A stretch of 64,000 bases of DNA. Source: an uncultured Candidatus Rokubacteria bacterium. Its GTDB lineage: Bacteria > Methylomirabilota > Methylomirabilia > Rokubacteriales > CSP1-6. This document shows, in pieces, positions 10,676-20,396 of this stretch. Below the pieces are notes generated by a model. The model saw only the letters and a program-made list of their open reading frames with translations. It was not told where the DNA came from and ran no database searches. Numbering within the stretch: the first letter of the stretch is position 1; each line of letters starts with the position of its first letter. Location of the stretch: contig CAVWFS010000001.1 in assembly GCA_963754315.1 (NCBI GenBank), positions 224,001 to 288,000 of the forward strand, in the 5' to 3' direction. A program made the position numbers and the translations under genes.

Positions 10676-11632
10676 CTAGGTCACGAAATAGTGGGCGCTC
10701 AACGTTTCGTGCGCCTTGTCGAGGTCGGTGAGGATGCCAAGCAAGAAGACGAGGACCTCGCCATGGCGCATGACGTCCGTGTCGTCGTAGGCCAGCCGCG
10801 CGCACAGTCGACCCATCACGCGGGCAGGGGCCGTGCGCTCGTCTGTCCCCGCGATGCGCTCGAGATAGTCCTTGACGGCGTGACAGCCGTAGTTGAGCGC
10901 TCGGGGCGCATGTGCGTCGAACAGAATGAACTGCAGGACCAGCTCGGGCTCCATGCGGGCCCCGAACACTTTGCGATAGTTTTCCAGCGAGGCGAGATCA
11001 CGCAGGAGACTGCGCCAACGCGTGTAGAAGAGGGGATCCGTCTTGGGGGTTGGCCCCAAGAGGGCGGGCAGTTTGGCGCTCAGGACAAGGGTCGTGCGCA
11101 GGGTGCGTTCCAGGGCCTCGCCCAGCTTGAGGAAGAGCCAACAGTGATCACGGGTCAGCGTGTGCTCCACGGCGCCCACGGTGGCCAGCAGCCCGCGCTG
11201 GGTTGTCGTGAGAGCGTCGCGAAATGCCGGCAAGTCCCCGATGCCCTTGCGGGCGTGAGTCTCGAGCGTCCGATAGGTGTCGTTGAGGTTCAGGAACACC
11301 TCGACGGTGAGGGCTTCCCGAACCGCCCGGGCATTCTCGCGCGCCTTGCGGAGGGCAAAGAACGTCGAGTAGGGGTTCGTCTCCTCCAGGAGGAACGAGG
11401 AGAGATAGGGCAAGGCGAACGGTGCGAAGGCGGGGGACGCGCGCTCCACCAGGCGCGCGCCTGGGAAGATGGAGAGGAGGTCCTCCCACTCGGCCTGGGC
11501 CACGCTCTCGTCGAGCCCCTGGATTTCGGTGGCGATGTCCTCGGTGACGAGGAGGAGTCGCGTGCAATGCTCCGCGCGCTCGATGTACCGTCCCATCCAG
11601 TACAGCGCGTCGGCCACCCGCGAGAGCAGCAT
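10676..11632 (-). CDS. Alpha-E domain protein
   Basis: MLLSRVADALYWMGRYIERAE, ARENARAVRE, LGEALER; ER motifs typical of alpha-E. Confidence 0.92.
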   Translation of the reverse strand: MLLSRVADALYWMGRYIERAEHCTRLLLVTEDIATEIQGLDESVAQAEWEDLLSIFPGARLVERASPAFAPFALPYLSSFLLEETNPYSTFFALRKARENARAVREALTVEVFLNLNDTYRTLETHARKGIGDLPAFRDALTTTQRGLLATVGAVEHTLTRDHCWLFLKLGEALERTLRTTLVLSAKLPALLGPTPKTDPLFYTRWRSLLRDLASLENYRKVFGARMEPELVLQFILFDAHAPRALNYGCHAVKDYLERIAGTDERTAPARVMGRLCARLAYDDTDVMRHGEVLVFLLGILTDLDKAHETLSAHYFVT

Positions 11633-13069
11633 CTACCGGGAGCGGGGGGCGAGGACCCAGGTGTCCTTGCTCCCACCTCCTTGCGACGAGTTGACCACGT
11701 AGGAGCCCTCGCGCAAGGCCACCCGGGTCAGCCCACCTGGCAGCACCCGCACCCGATCGCCGTAGAGCACGAACGGCCGCAGGTCGATCCGGCGCGGCTG
11801 GAAGTCGCCGTTGACATAGGTGGGGTGGGTGGAGAGCTGCACGAGGGGTTGTGCGATGTAGTTGCCGGGGTTCTTCTTCACCCCCGCCACGTACTCCGCA
11901 CGCTCCTTCGTACTGGCGAAGGGTCCCATGAGCATGTTGTAGCCGCCGGAGTCGCCCGTGGTCTTCACCACGAGCTCGCCGATGTGCTCCACGATGTAGG
12001 CCAGATCGTCCTTGCGAAACGCGAGATAGGTGGGCACCTGGGGGAGGATGGCCTCCTCGCCGAGATAATACTTGATGATCTGCGGCACGAACGGATAGAC
12101 GGACTTGTCGTCGGCCACCCCGGCCCCCGGGGCATTGGCAATCGCCACCGTGCCTGCCCGATAGGCATTGATGAGCCCCGGCACCCCGAGCAGAGAGTCC
12201 CGCTGAAAGGCGAGTGGGTCGAGGAAGTCATCGTCGATGCGGCGGTAGATGACATCGACCTTGCGCTTGCCATGGGTACGCCGCATGTACACGGCGTTGT
12301 CCTCCACGATGAGATCGCGTCCTTCCACCAGGTCGACACCCATCTCACGGGCCAGGAAGGAGTGCTCGAAGAAGGCGGAGTTGTAGAGCCCGGGGGTGAG
12401 CAGGGCCACCACTGGATTGTCACTTCCCCGCGGCGCGCTGTGACGCAAGGTCTCCCGCAAGAGGTGGGGATAGTCTTGAATGGGTCGCACCGGATAGGAG
12501 GTGAAGAACTCCGGGAAGACCCGATGGAGGAGATTGCGATTCTCCAGCACGTAGGACACGCCACTCGGGCAGCGGCAATTGTCCTCCAGGACCAGATAGT
12601 CGCCGTGGTCATCCCGGATCAGGTCGGTGCCGACGATGTGCGTGTAGATCCGGCGCGGAGGAATGACGCCGAGCAGTTCACGCTTGAACTCCTTGCGGGA
12701 ATAGATCAGCTCGGCGGGGATAAGACCGTCCCGGAGGCAGCGCTGCTCGCCGTAAATATCGAGGATGAACAGATTGAGGGCAGTGATCCGCTGCACGAGG
12801 CCGTTCTCGATCCGTTCCCACTCCGGCGCGGGGATGACCCGCGGCACGAAGTCGAAGGGGAAAATGCGCTCGAGGCCTTCCTCGGCGCCATAGACGGTGA
12901 AGGTGATGCCCTGGTCGATGAGGGAGAGCTTCTGCAGCCGCTCGCGCCGGTCGAGCTCGGTCTGGGTGAACGACTCCAGAATCGACACCAAGGGTTGGTA
13001 GTGCTGACGCGGGGCGGCCGGGCGTTCGAAGACTTCATCGAACGCGGTTCGATCAACCACCCATTGCAC
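11633..13069 (-). CDS. Circularly permuted type 2 ATP-grasp protein
   Basis: GITFTVY, PFDFVPR, VLEDNCRCPSGVSY, SAFFEHSFLA, IYRRIDDDFLDP, DLRPF, VNSSQGGGSKDTWV. GTG 13069 chosen as start because it lies 7 nt below an extended -10. Confidence 0.93.
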   Translation of the reverse strand: MQWVVDRTAFDEVFERPAAPRQHYQPLVSILESFTQTELDRRERLQKLSLIDQGITFTVYGAEEGLERIFPFDFVPRVIPAPEWERIENGLVQRITALNLFILDIYGEQRCLRDGLIPAELIYSRKEFKRELLGVIPPRRIYTHIVGTDLIRDDHGDYLVLEDNCRCPSGVSYVLENRNLLHRVFPEFFTSYPVRPIQDYPHLLRETLRHSAPRGSDNPVVALLTPGLYNSAFFEHSFLAREMGVDLVEGRDLIVEDNAVYMRRTHGKRKVDVIYRRIDDDFLDPLAFQRDSLLGVPGLINAYRAGTVAIANAPGAGVADDKSVYPFVPQIIKYYLGEEAILPQVPTYLAFRKDDLAYIVEHIGELVVKTTGDSGGYNMLMGPFASTKERAEYVAGVKKNPGNYIAQPLVQLSTHPTYVNGDFQPRRIDLRPFVLYGDRVRVLPGGLTRVALREGSYVVNSSQGGGSKDTWVLAPRSR

Positions 13070-13076
13070 GCGGCGA

Positions 13077-13085
13077 ATTATAGCA
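13077..13085 (-). promoter_or_regulatory. Extended -10 promoter (TGCTATAAT)
   Basis: Minus strand TGCTATAAT, 7 nt upstream of GTG 13069; no SD. Confidence 0.65.
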
Positions 13086-13217
13086 TCGGACGCGACGGCC
13101 CTCGATCGTCGCCGGGCCGGGTTCATAGCTCATCCCATCCAACACCCCTTGACTCCTCTCCGACGGCGCGTTAAGGGGGACGGGACTCGACTGTCGCGAT
13201 CGAGGAGGACTTCGGGT

Positions 13218-15927
13218 TTGGACCTGTCGGGCACGATCCACTTGCTAGGCGAGACACTCGGGAAGGTGCTTCGCACGGAGGAGTCGGAGTCGCTCTTCGA
13301 GACCGAAGAGCGCATCCGCGGTCTCGCCAAAGCGCGCCGCGGTGGAGACGGGGCGGCCGCGAGTGGCCTGGCCAACGAGGTGAAGGCCCTCAACGCCGAC
13401 GCCGCCCGGGTCATGGCCTCCGCCTTCGCGGTCTACTTCGATCTGGTGAACCTCGCCGAAGAGACGCATCGCATCCGCGCCCTGCGTGAGCGTGAGCGGA
13501 TCCAGCACCCAGCCCCGATCGGAGAATCGATCGGGGACGCGGTGGCCCGACTCAAGGCACGCGGTTTCACGTCCGGCCAGATGGCGGAGCTGTTGGAGAC
13601 GCTGCGCATCGAACTGGTGTTGACGGCTCATCCGACCGAGGCCAAGCGCCGAACGGTCCTCTCGAAGCTTCAGCGGATCGCCCAGGCGCTCAGGCGGCTT
13701 CACGATGCCGATCTGCTCCCGCGCGAACACCGAGCGGAGACCACCGCCCTCCACGCCGAGATCGCCGAGCTCTGGCTCACCGATCGCGCTCGCACCACGC
13801 GTCCGGCCGTGACCGACGAAGTGCGGACCGGCCTCTACTTCGTCGACGCGGTGTTCTGGGAGGCGCTGCCCCGCATGGCGGCCGAGCTCGCTGCGGCGCT
13901 CCACGAACACTATCCGGCCCTGGCCGCTCCCTCCCGGTGGCTCAGCTTGGCCTCGTGGATCGGGGGCGATCGCGACGGCAATCCGTCGGTGGTGGCGCCG
14001 GTAACGGCCGAGACGCTCCGTCTGCACCGGGGGCTCGCCGTCGAGCGCCATCGCCAGAGTCTGCAAGAACTGGCCCGCCGGCTGAGCGTGAGTGGCCGCC
14101 GCTATCCTCCGCCAGCGGCCCTCACCGCCTGGCTCGAGGGCCGGCGACCATTGCCGGCGCACGTGACCTATCTCGAGGAGCGTTATGGCGGTGAGCCATA
14201 CCGCCTGGCGCTGTCGCTGCTCGCCACCGAGCTCGAGGCAGCTTCGCAGGAGGATATGACAGCGCGCTTGCTTGACGAGACTCCGCACCGGGCCCGAATC
14301 AAAGCCGGCGAGATCCAGGAGGTGCTCGACCTGATCGCGCAGAGTCTTCCGCCGGCGCTGGCCGACGATCTTCTCCACACCATGCGCACGCAGCTGGCGA
14401 TCTTCGGGCTCCATGCGGCGCGTCTGGACATCCGCGAGGACGCCGGGCGTCTGGCGGTGGCCCTGGGCGAAATGCTCGAAAATTTGGGGATCGATCAGAT
14501 CTTCTCGGAGCGGACTGATCAGAGCCGCACCGCCATCCTCCTCCGACTTTTCGCGGCCGATCCGCCGCCGGCGTCAACGCTGGCCTCGGCCGCAGCCGGC
14601 GAGGCAAGTGGCGAGACGTGGCGCCTATTCCGATTGCTGGCCCGGGCCGGCCACGTCTATGGGCGCGAATCGCTCGGCCCGTTCATCGTCTCGATGACCC
14701 GCGGCACCGCGGATATGCTCACCGTCCTCTTGCTGGCCCGCTGGGCGGGCTGTGCGTCGGGCCTCCATGTGACGCCCCTGTTCGAGACGCTCGACGATCT
14801 CGAGGCGGCGCCGGAGATCCTGGGGAAGTTGTTCACGCTCGACGTCTACCGTGAACACCTCGTCGTGGGCGGCGGCGAGCAGATGGTGATGATCGGATAC
14901 TCGGACAGCAACAAGGACGGCGGGTATCTGGCGGCCAACTGGGCGCTCTACCAGGCTCAAGCCTCGATCGCAAGCGTGTGCCGTGAGCACGGGGTGGCCC
15001 TCACCTTGTTCCATGGCCGCGGCGGTAGCGTGGCGCGGGGCGGGGGACCAGCCGGCCGTGGGATCCGCGCCCAGCCACCGGGAACCGTGCAGGGCCGATT
15101 TCGACTCACCGAGCAGGGGGAGACGATCGCCTCCCGCTATGCCGATCCCGATCTTGCCCACCGTCATTTGGACCAGATCGTCAGCGCCGTGCTCCTGGCT
15201 TCAGCGGAGGCGCCCGATCACGACGCCGCGCCGGAGTGGGGGGCGGCCATGAGCGAGATGGCCACACGCGGCCCGCGACGCCTATCGCGCGCTGGTGGAG
15301 CGGACACCGGGCTTCCTGCAGTACTGGCGTGCCGCCACGCCCATCGACGAGATCAGTCGACTACGTCTGGGCTCGCGTCCGGCGGCACGGCGACGCGGGG
15401 ACCTCACCCGCCAGGCTGTACGGGCGATTCCATGGGTGTTCTCCTGGATGCAGAGCCGCTTCAACCTGCCGGGCTGGTACGGGCTCGGTACCGCGCTGGC
15501 GCGAGTCGAGGACCCGCGGCTTCAAGAGATGTACGCGGAATGGCCGTTTTTCCGGGCGATGCTCGACAACGCCGAGATGTCACTCCTCAAGGCCGACATG
15601 GGGATCGCCGCCCTGTACTCGGATCTGGTCACCGATCCCGTGCTGGCCGCCGCCGTGTTCTCGCGGATCGAGGAGGAGTACGATCGGACCCGCGATTCGA
15701 TCCTCAAGGTCAGCGGCCATCGCGAGCTGATGGACGGCGATCCCGTGATCCAGCGCTCGGTTCACCTTCGCAACCCGTACGTGGATCCGCTGAACTACCT
15801 GCAGGTCGAGATGCTGCGTCGTCTGCGCGGCCTATCGGATCCGGAAGGGATGGAGGCCGAGCGCTATCGGGAGGTCATCGTGCTGACCATCAACGGCATC
15901 GCCGCCGGCCTGCGCAACACCGGCTGA
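13218..15927 (+). CDS. ppc: Phosphoenolpyruvate carboxylase, frameshift near 15270
   Basis: VLTAHPTE, SWIGGDRDGNP, VMIGYSDSNKDGG, FHGRGGSVARGG, RAIPWVFSW, LRNPYVDPLN, IAAGLRNTG; TTG start after GAGGAGG. Confidence 0.93.
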
Positions 15928-15999
15928 TGAAGAAGCTGAACGTGACCACGCGGGCTCAGGGGACCGCGGGCATGGTACGGTGACAGAAAGGAGGAGCCC

Positions 16000-16422
16000 A
16001 TGGCCATCGCGTTATCCGACGACATCAAGCGGCTCATCGACGGCCCGAACTTCGCCCACCTGGCGACCATCATGGCCGACGGCTCGCCGCAGTCGGCCCC
16101 CGTCTGGGTAAGCCGAGAGGGGGAGCGCATACTGATTGGAACCAGCGAGGGCTCGCTCAAGGGGCGCAATACGCGGCGCGATCCGCGGGTGGCCCTATCC
16201 ATCGTGGACTTCCGCGACCCCTACGTGGAGGCTCAGCTACGGGGTCGCGTCGTGGAACGGCGCCCTGACACAAGCTTCGAGGTGAAGGACATCACCGCGC
16301 GCAAGTACACGGGTAAGGATTTTCCCTGGCGGAACCCCGAGGGGCAGGTCACCCTGGTGATTGAGGTAGACCGCGCCAAGTTCGCAAAGCTTCCCTTCAC
16401 TCACGCCCCCGGCGGAGCCTGA
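16000..16422 (+). CDS. PPOX-class (putatively F420-dependent) oxidoreductase
   Basis: FAHLATIMADGSPQSAPVW, KGRNTRRDPRVALSI; strong SD AAGGAGG. Confidence 0.85.
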   Translation: MAIALSDDIKRLIDGPNFAHLATIMADGSPQSAPVWVSREGERILIGTSEGSLKGRNTRRDPRVALSIVDFRDPYVEAQLRGRVVERRPDTSFEVKDITARKYTGKDFPWRNPEGQVTLVIEVDRAKFAKLPFTHAPGGA

Positions 16423-16448
16423 GCGTCAGCCGCCGGCCAGGCCACTCC

Positions 16449-17216
16449 TCACGCGGTGGCGGCCTTGAGATCGTCGAGCTGGCGACGAACGCCAGCCAGC
16501 ATGCACGCCAAGTCCGACGTGAGCATGACGAGGTCGAAGCCCCGCTTCACCGCGCCCGCCGCGAAGGCCGCGCTCGCACAGTGCATGCAGGCCTTGATGC
16601 CGTGCTTGTGGGCGGCGTCGCGGATCTTGTCACAGGCGGCGACGTGCACGGGATCCGAATTGTCGGGGCGGGGGGACATCCCCAGGGCAAAGGCCAGGTC
16701 CGAGGGGCCGATGTACACGCCGTCGAGCCCTGGCGTGGCGCAGATCGAATCGAGGTTGGCAAGGCCCTCCTTCGTTTCGATCATGGCGAGGACGACGATC
16801 TCATCGTTGGCCTTGGTGAGATAGTCAGAGCCACCATACTGGACGGCGCGCACCGGCCCTGACGAGCGCATGCCTATGGGCGGATAGCGACAGGCAGCGA
16901 CCGCCTTCGCCGCATCGGCGGCCGTGTCGATGAGCGGCACGATGATGCCGTAGGCCCCGAGATCGAGTGCCTTCATGATCGTAGGGGGGTCGTTCCACGG
17001 CACGCGAACGACCGGTACTGTGTCGGTCTGCGAGATCGCCTGTAGCATTGGCCACACGTCGTTCATATCGGTCAGGCCGTGCTGCATGTCGACCACGAGC
17101 GCGTCGAAACCCTGTCGGGCCATCACCTCCGCCGTGAAACCATGGGACACCGAGAGCCAGCCCATGGTGACCCAGCGCCCCTCGCGCCATATCTGCTTGA
17201 TCCTGTTTGGTCGCAC
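16449..17216 (-). CDS. HpcH/HpaI aldolase family protein
   Basis: VDMQHG, VRVPWND, LDLGAYGII, MIETKEGL, YIGPSDL. Confidence 0.9.
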   Translation of the reverse strand: MRPNRIKQIWREGRWVTMGWLSVSHGFTAEVMARQGFDALVVDMQHGLTDMNDVWPMLQAISQTDTVPVVRVPWNDPPTIMKALDLGAYGIIVPLIDTAADAAKAVAACRYPPIGMRSSGPVRAVQYGGSDYLTKANDEIVVLAMIETKEGLANLDSICATPGLDGVYIGPSDLAFALGMSPRPDNSDPVHVAACDKIRDAAHKHGIKACMHCASAAFAAGAVKRGFDLVMLTSDLACMLAGVRRQLDDLKAATA

Positions 17217-17297
17217 TGTCGCACCTCGCTGTGTGGTTGGCCGGTCGCCCGGTTGACGGCTTCACCAGCCGCGGCGAGGCGACCGGCGCATCGGGCG

Positions 17298-17357
17298 CTA
17301 CTTCTTCTTCTGCTTTGGCTTTTTCTTTTCCTTTTGCATGCTCCGCCCCTTGGCCAT
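17298..17357 (-). CDS. 19-aa Lys-rich micro-protein MAKGRSMQKEKKKPKQKKK
   Basis: ATG 17357 to TAG 17298 with AAGGGGGTGAGGAG immediately upstream; explains a local purine-rich skew. Below the ORF-track cutoff. Confidence 0.6.
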   Translation of the reverse strand: MAKGRSMQKEKKKPKQKKK

Positions 17358-17573
17358 CTCCTCACCCCCTTCATCCTGGTCCCGACGCACTCCCTGTCGA
17401 TCATATCCGGATTTCCCTCTTCCTCGGCAGCAGGAAGAATGGACGCCCGGGCTTGATCTCCCGCGAGGGCTGGGTGATCATGCCGCGAGTGTTGGCCCGC
17501 GCCGACTCTGGCGGCTCGGGTTCTCGAGGAGGAGAGACCATGGTCAAGGCAGCTGTGCGGGCGGCTCTCGTCG

Positions 17574-17768
17574 GTGGCTGTCGACATGGGTCCGCTGGCC
17601 GAGCGCGCGCTTCGCCAGTCGCTGATCATTTCCGACGCCGGCCTCGGGATCTTCTTCACACGACCCCTGGCCGCCGTGCTGACCAGCCTGGCCTTGCTGG
17701 CCATCGCGATTCCCGTGGTTCGTGCGGTGCTAGGACGGGTGCTCCCGAGCGCGGCCGCCGCGCGCTAG
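17574..17768 (+). pseudogene. C-terminal remnant of a TctA tripartite tricarboxylate permease
   Basis: GPLAERALRQSLIISDAGLGIFFTRP resembles the TctA C-terminus; the rest of the gene is absent. Confidence 0.65.
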
Positions 17769-18628
17769 ATCCCCCTGAACCACTGCCCGAAGGCGCGGGC
17801 GAACTGGCCGTCGCCCTCCACCCGGAGCCGGTCGGATTCGATGGCGGCGTCCAGATCGAGACGACCGTACACCAGCAGGATGTAAGTCTCCGTGTCGCAG
17901 CTGAACGTCACCGAGGCGGGCGCGGTCCCGGCGTCGTCGTCCATGCGGACGGTTTGGCCGTCGATGACCAGATCGGGCTTGGCCGGTCCAGGGCCGCTCA
18001 CGCGAAAGCGATACCGAGCGGGTGTGGCGGAGGCCGGGCCTGACCAGAACGCCCAGCGCAGAGAACCGGACGCGATCGATTCGGAGATCGTGGTCAGGAT
18101 CGCAGGGAAGGTTGCCGGCGACATCCGCCCCGGAGGCTCAAGCGTGGCGCGGATGTCCCACTCGTGCACACCTAGCTCCTTGAGCCTGAGCTCGATGAAG
18201 TTCTGTGCCGCCACGATGCCGCCGGCGTGATAGCAGGGCGTGTCACGTTCGTCGGCCTTCAGATCGGTCAGGGTCTGATTCAGGTGGCGCCCGCTGGCCA
18301 CGAAGGTCGTGAGTACCTGATCGCCGAGACTCTTCCGTGCGGCAATCGACCGCTGGGCAATGCTCTCGGCGGCGGAAGCGCCGGTGCTCTGCCCTGCCGG
18401 TGGGCGTCCGGGCGGAGGCGACGTCTCGCCCTTCAGGCCGCGCACGATGCTGCCCGCATAGAATTCGGCTACGCCGACCAGGTGTGCCACGACGTCTGCG
18501 ACTTGCCACTGTGAGCACGCGCTGGGCTGTGACCACGCTGTGGGCGGCAGAGCCTGCAGATACCTTTCCAGGCGCGCTGACTCATCGGTGAGGATGCGGA
18601 GTCGCTCGGCGAAGGTAGACGTGGACAT
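17765..18628 (-). CDS. Maleylpyruvate-isomerase-like (MDMPI_N/DinB fold + SCP2-like) protein
   Basis: PSACSQWQVADVVAHL, ELGVHEWDIR, LLVYGR...LRVEGD; SD GGAGG before ATG 18628. Confidence 0.85.
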   Translation of the reverse strand: MSTSTFAERLRILTDESARLERYLQALPPTAWSQPSACSQWQVADVVAHLVGVAEFYAGSIVRGLKGETSPPPGRPPAGQSTGASAAESIAQRSIAARKSLGDQVLTTFVASGRHLNQTLTDLKADERDTPCYHAGGIVAAQNFIELRLKELGVHEWDIRATLEPPGRMSPATFPAILTTISESIASGSLRWAFWSGPASATPARYRFRVSGPGPAKPDLVIDGQTVRMDDDAGTAPASVTFSCDTETYILLVYGRLDLDAAIESDRLRVEGDGQFARAFGQWFRGI

Positions 18629-18642
18629 ACGGATTCCTCCCC

Positions 18643-19524
18643 TCACTCGTTGCGTTCGGGCAGCAGGCCTTCCGGCCGGTAGACTATCAAAGCGACGAGA
18701 ATGAGTCCGACCAGCATCTGCTGGGCCGCCGCCAGGCGAACTCCGGTGAGAAACGGGATGACGTCCTTCGCAAACCGACTGCCCTCGAGGAGGCCGAGGA
18801 GCACCACCGAGCCGAGCAGCGCGCCTCGATTGTTTCCCGATCCCCCTAGAATGAGCGCCAGCCATACGAACAGCGTCTCCTGTGGCAGGAACATGTTGGG
18901 CTCGATGTAGGCGAGGTAGTGCGCGAAGAAAATTCCGGCCAGCCCGGCGATGGCAGCCCCGACCGCGAAGGCCTGGACCTTGAAATGGAAGACCGACTTG
19001 CCGGCGACCGACGCAACGGTCTCGTCCTCGCGGATCGCGCGCAGAACGCGCCCGAAGGGCGATCGGCTCACCCGCTGGAGCGCCCCGTATACGAGCATCA
19101 CCGCCGCCAGGACGACGGCCAAGTAAAAAAGGTCGTAGTGGCGCCCGAACACGGTGTGCAAGGGGCGCGGGATACCGGTGACACCGTTGGCACCGCGGGT
19201 GAGCCAGGCCTCGTTGAGCAGGAACAGGCGGAGAACTTCCGCGAACCCCAGGGTGACGATGGCCAGGTAATCCTCGCGAAGACGCAAGCTCACCATGGCC
19301 ATCACGATGCCGGCCAGGGCGGCGAGGACGATGGCCGCTGCCCACGCCAAGGGTAATGCCACACCTGCCACCGTGAGAAGGCCGGTTGTATACGCCCCGA
19401 CCGCGAAGAAGGCGACGATACCCAAGTTGACCAGCCCCGTCAGCCCCCACTGGACGTTGAGCCCCAACGTGAGCAGGGCGCGGATGCCGACGAGGGTCGC
19501 AATGGCAGCGAGGTACGAGATCAT
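18643..19524 (-). CDS. Branched-chain amino acid-type ABC permease (LivM-like)
   Basis: GLNVQWGLTGLVNLG, LREDYLAIVTLGFAE, RAIREDE, RPEGL. Confidence 0.9.
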   Translation of the reverse strand: MISYLAAIATLVGIRALLTLGLNVQWGLTGLVNLGIVAFFAVGAYTTGLLTVAGVALPLAWAAAIVLAALAGIVMAMVSLRLREDYLAIVTLGFAEVLRLFLLNEAWLTRGANGVTGIPRPLHTVFGRHYDLFYLAVVLAAVMLVYGALQRVSRSPFGRVLRAIREDETVASVAGKSVFHFKVQAFAVGAAIAGLAGIFFAHYLAYIEPNMFLPQETLFVWLALILGGSGNNRGALLGSVVLLGLLEGSRFAKDVIPFLTGVRLAAAQQMLVGLILVALIVYRPEGLLPERNE

Positions 19525-20381
19525 CCGCGGGCGCCCGCGAGCCCAGCTGGCCTGACGAGGAGGACGATCAGGATCACCAGGAAGCCAGTGGCAGTCTTGT
19601 ACGTCGGCGGAAAGATCAGGGTGCCGACTTCCTCGATGACGCCGACGATGAGGGCGCCGGCGAGGGCGCCGGGCGCCGAGCCGATGCCGCCCAGGATGGC
19701 CGCCGCGAAGACGGAAATGATGAGGCCACCGCCCATCAGCGGGTCAACGTTCGCGTCGAGCCCGAGGAACACGCCAGCGCCTCCGGCCAGGGCCCCGCCT
19801 CCGAGAGTGGCCAGCGCGATGACGCGCTCGGTGGGCACGCCTTTGATCGTGGCCAGCATCGGGTTCTCGGCAGTCGCGCGCATGGCGATGCCCAGCCGAG
19901 TGCGAACCAGGAACAGCTGGGCCAGGAGCATGAGAAGGACGGCCACCGCGAGGATCAAGAGCTGCTCGCGCCCCACGCGCAGTCCCGCCCAGTTCATGGC
20001 GCGGGTCATCGGCACGTCGTAGCTCCGGTAGTCGTTGCCCCATACGAAGCGCACCACGTTCTCGAGGACGAAGGCGACCCCTATCGACGCGATGGCCAGG
20101 GCGAAAGGCCGGCGCTGACGCATGGGACGAAAGGCAATGCGATCGACAGCGAGGGCGACGGCAGCGGTGGCAATGAGCGCCGCCAGCCACGCCGCCTCGA
20201 GAGGCCAGGCGAGAGTGCGGTTGAGGGCGAAGGCCACGAAGGCTCCCACCGTGAGGTACGTGCTCACCGCAAAGTTCGGGAAGCGCAGCAGCCGCCACAG
20301 GAGCGAGAAGGCCACGGCGGGTAGAGCCAAGATGCTGCCGGTCACGATTCCGTTGAAGACGTACTGCGCGATCGGCGGCAT
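19521..20381 (-). CDS. Branched-chain amino acid-type ABC permease (LivH-like)
   Basis: FPNFA, MRATAEN, FAAAILGGIGS, RPAGL. Confidence 0.9.
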   Translation of the reverse strand: MPPIAQYVFNGIVTGSILALPAVAFSLLWRLLRFPNFAVSTYLTVGAFVAFALNRTLAWPLEAAWLAALIATAAVALAVDRIAFRPMRQRRPFALAIASIGVAFVLENVVRFVWGNDYRSYDVPMTRAMNWAGLRVGREQLLILAVAVLLMLLAQLFLVRTRLGIAMRATAENPMLATIKGVPTERVIALATLGGGALAGGAGVFLGLDANVDPLMGGGLIISVFAAAILGGIGSAPGALAGALIVGVIEEVGTLIFPPTYKTATGFLVILIVLLVRPAGLAGARG

Positions 20382-20396
20382 CGGGCGTGAGGTCGC

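Noticed and set aside
10670..13174. 834-aa plus-strand ORF
   Set aside because: Antisense shadow of the alpha-E and ATP-grasp genes, typical of high-GC codon bias; no motifs.
15260..15295. Programmed frameshift in ppc
   Set aside because: No slippery heptamer; similar single indels occur throughout the window, so sequencing error is more likely.
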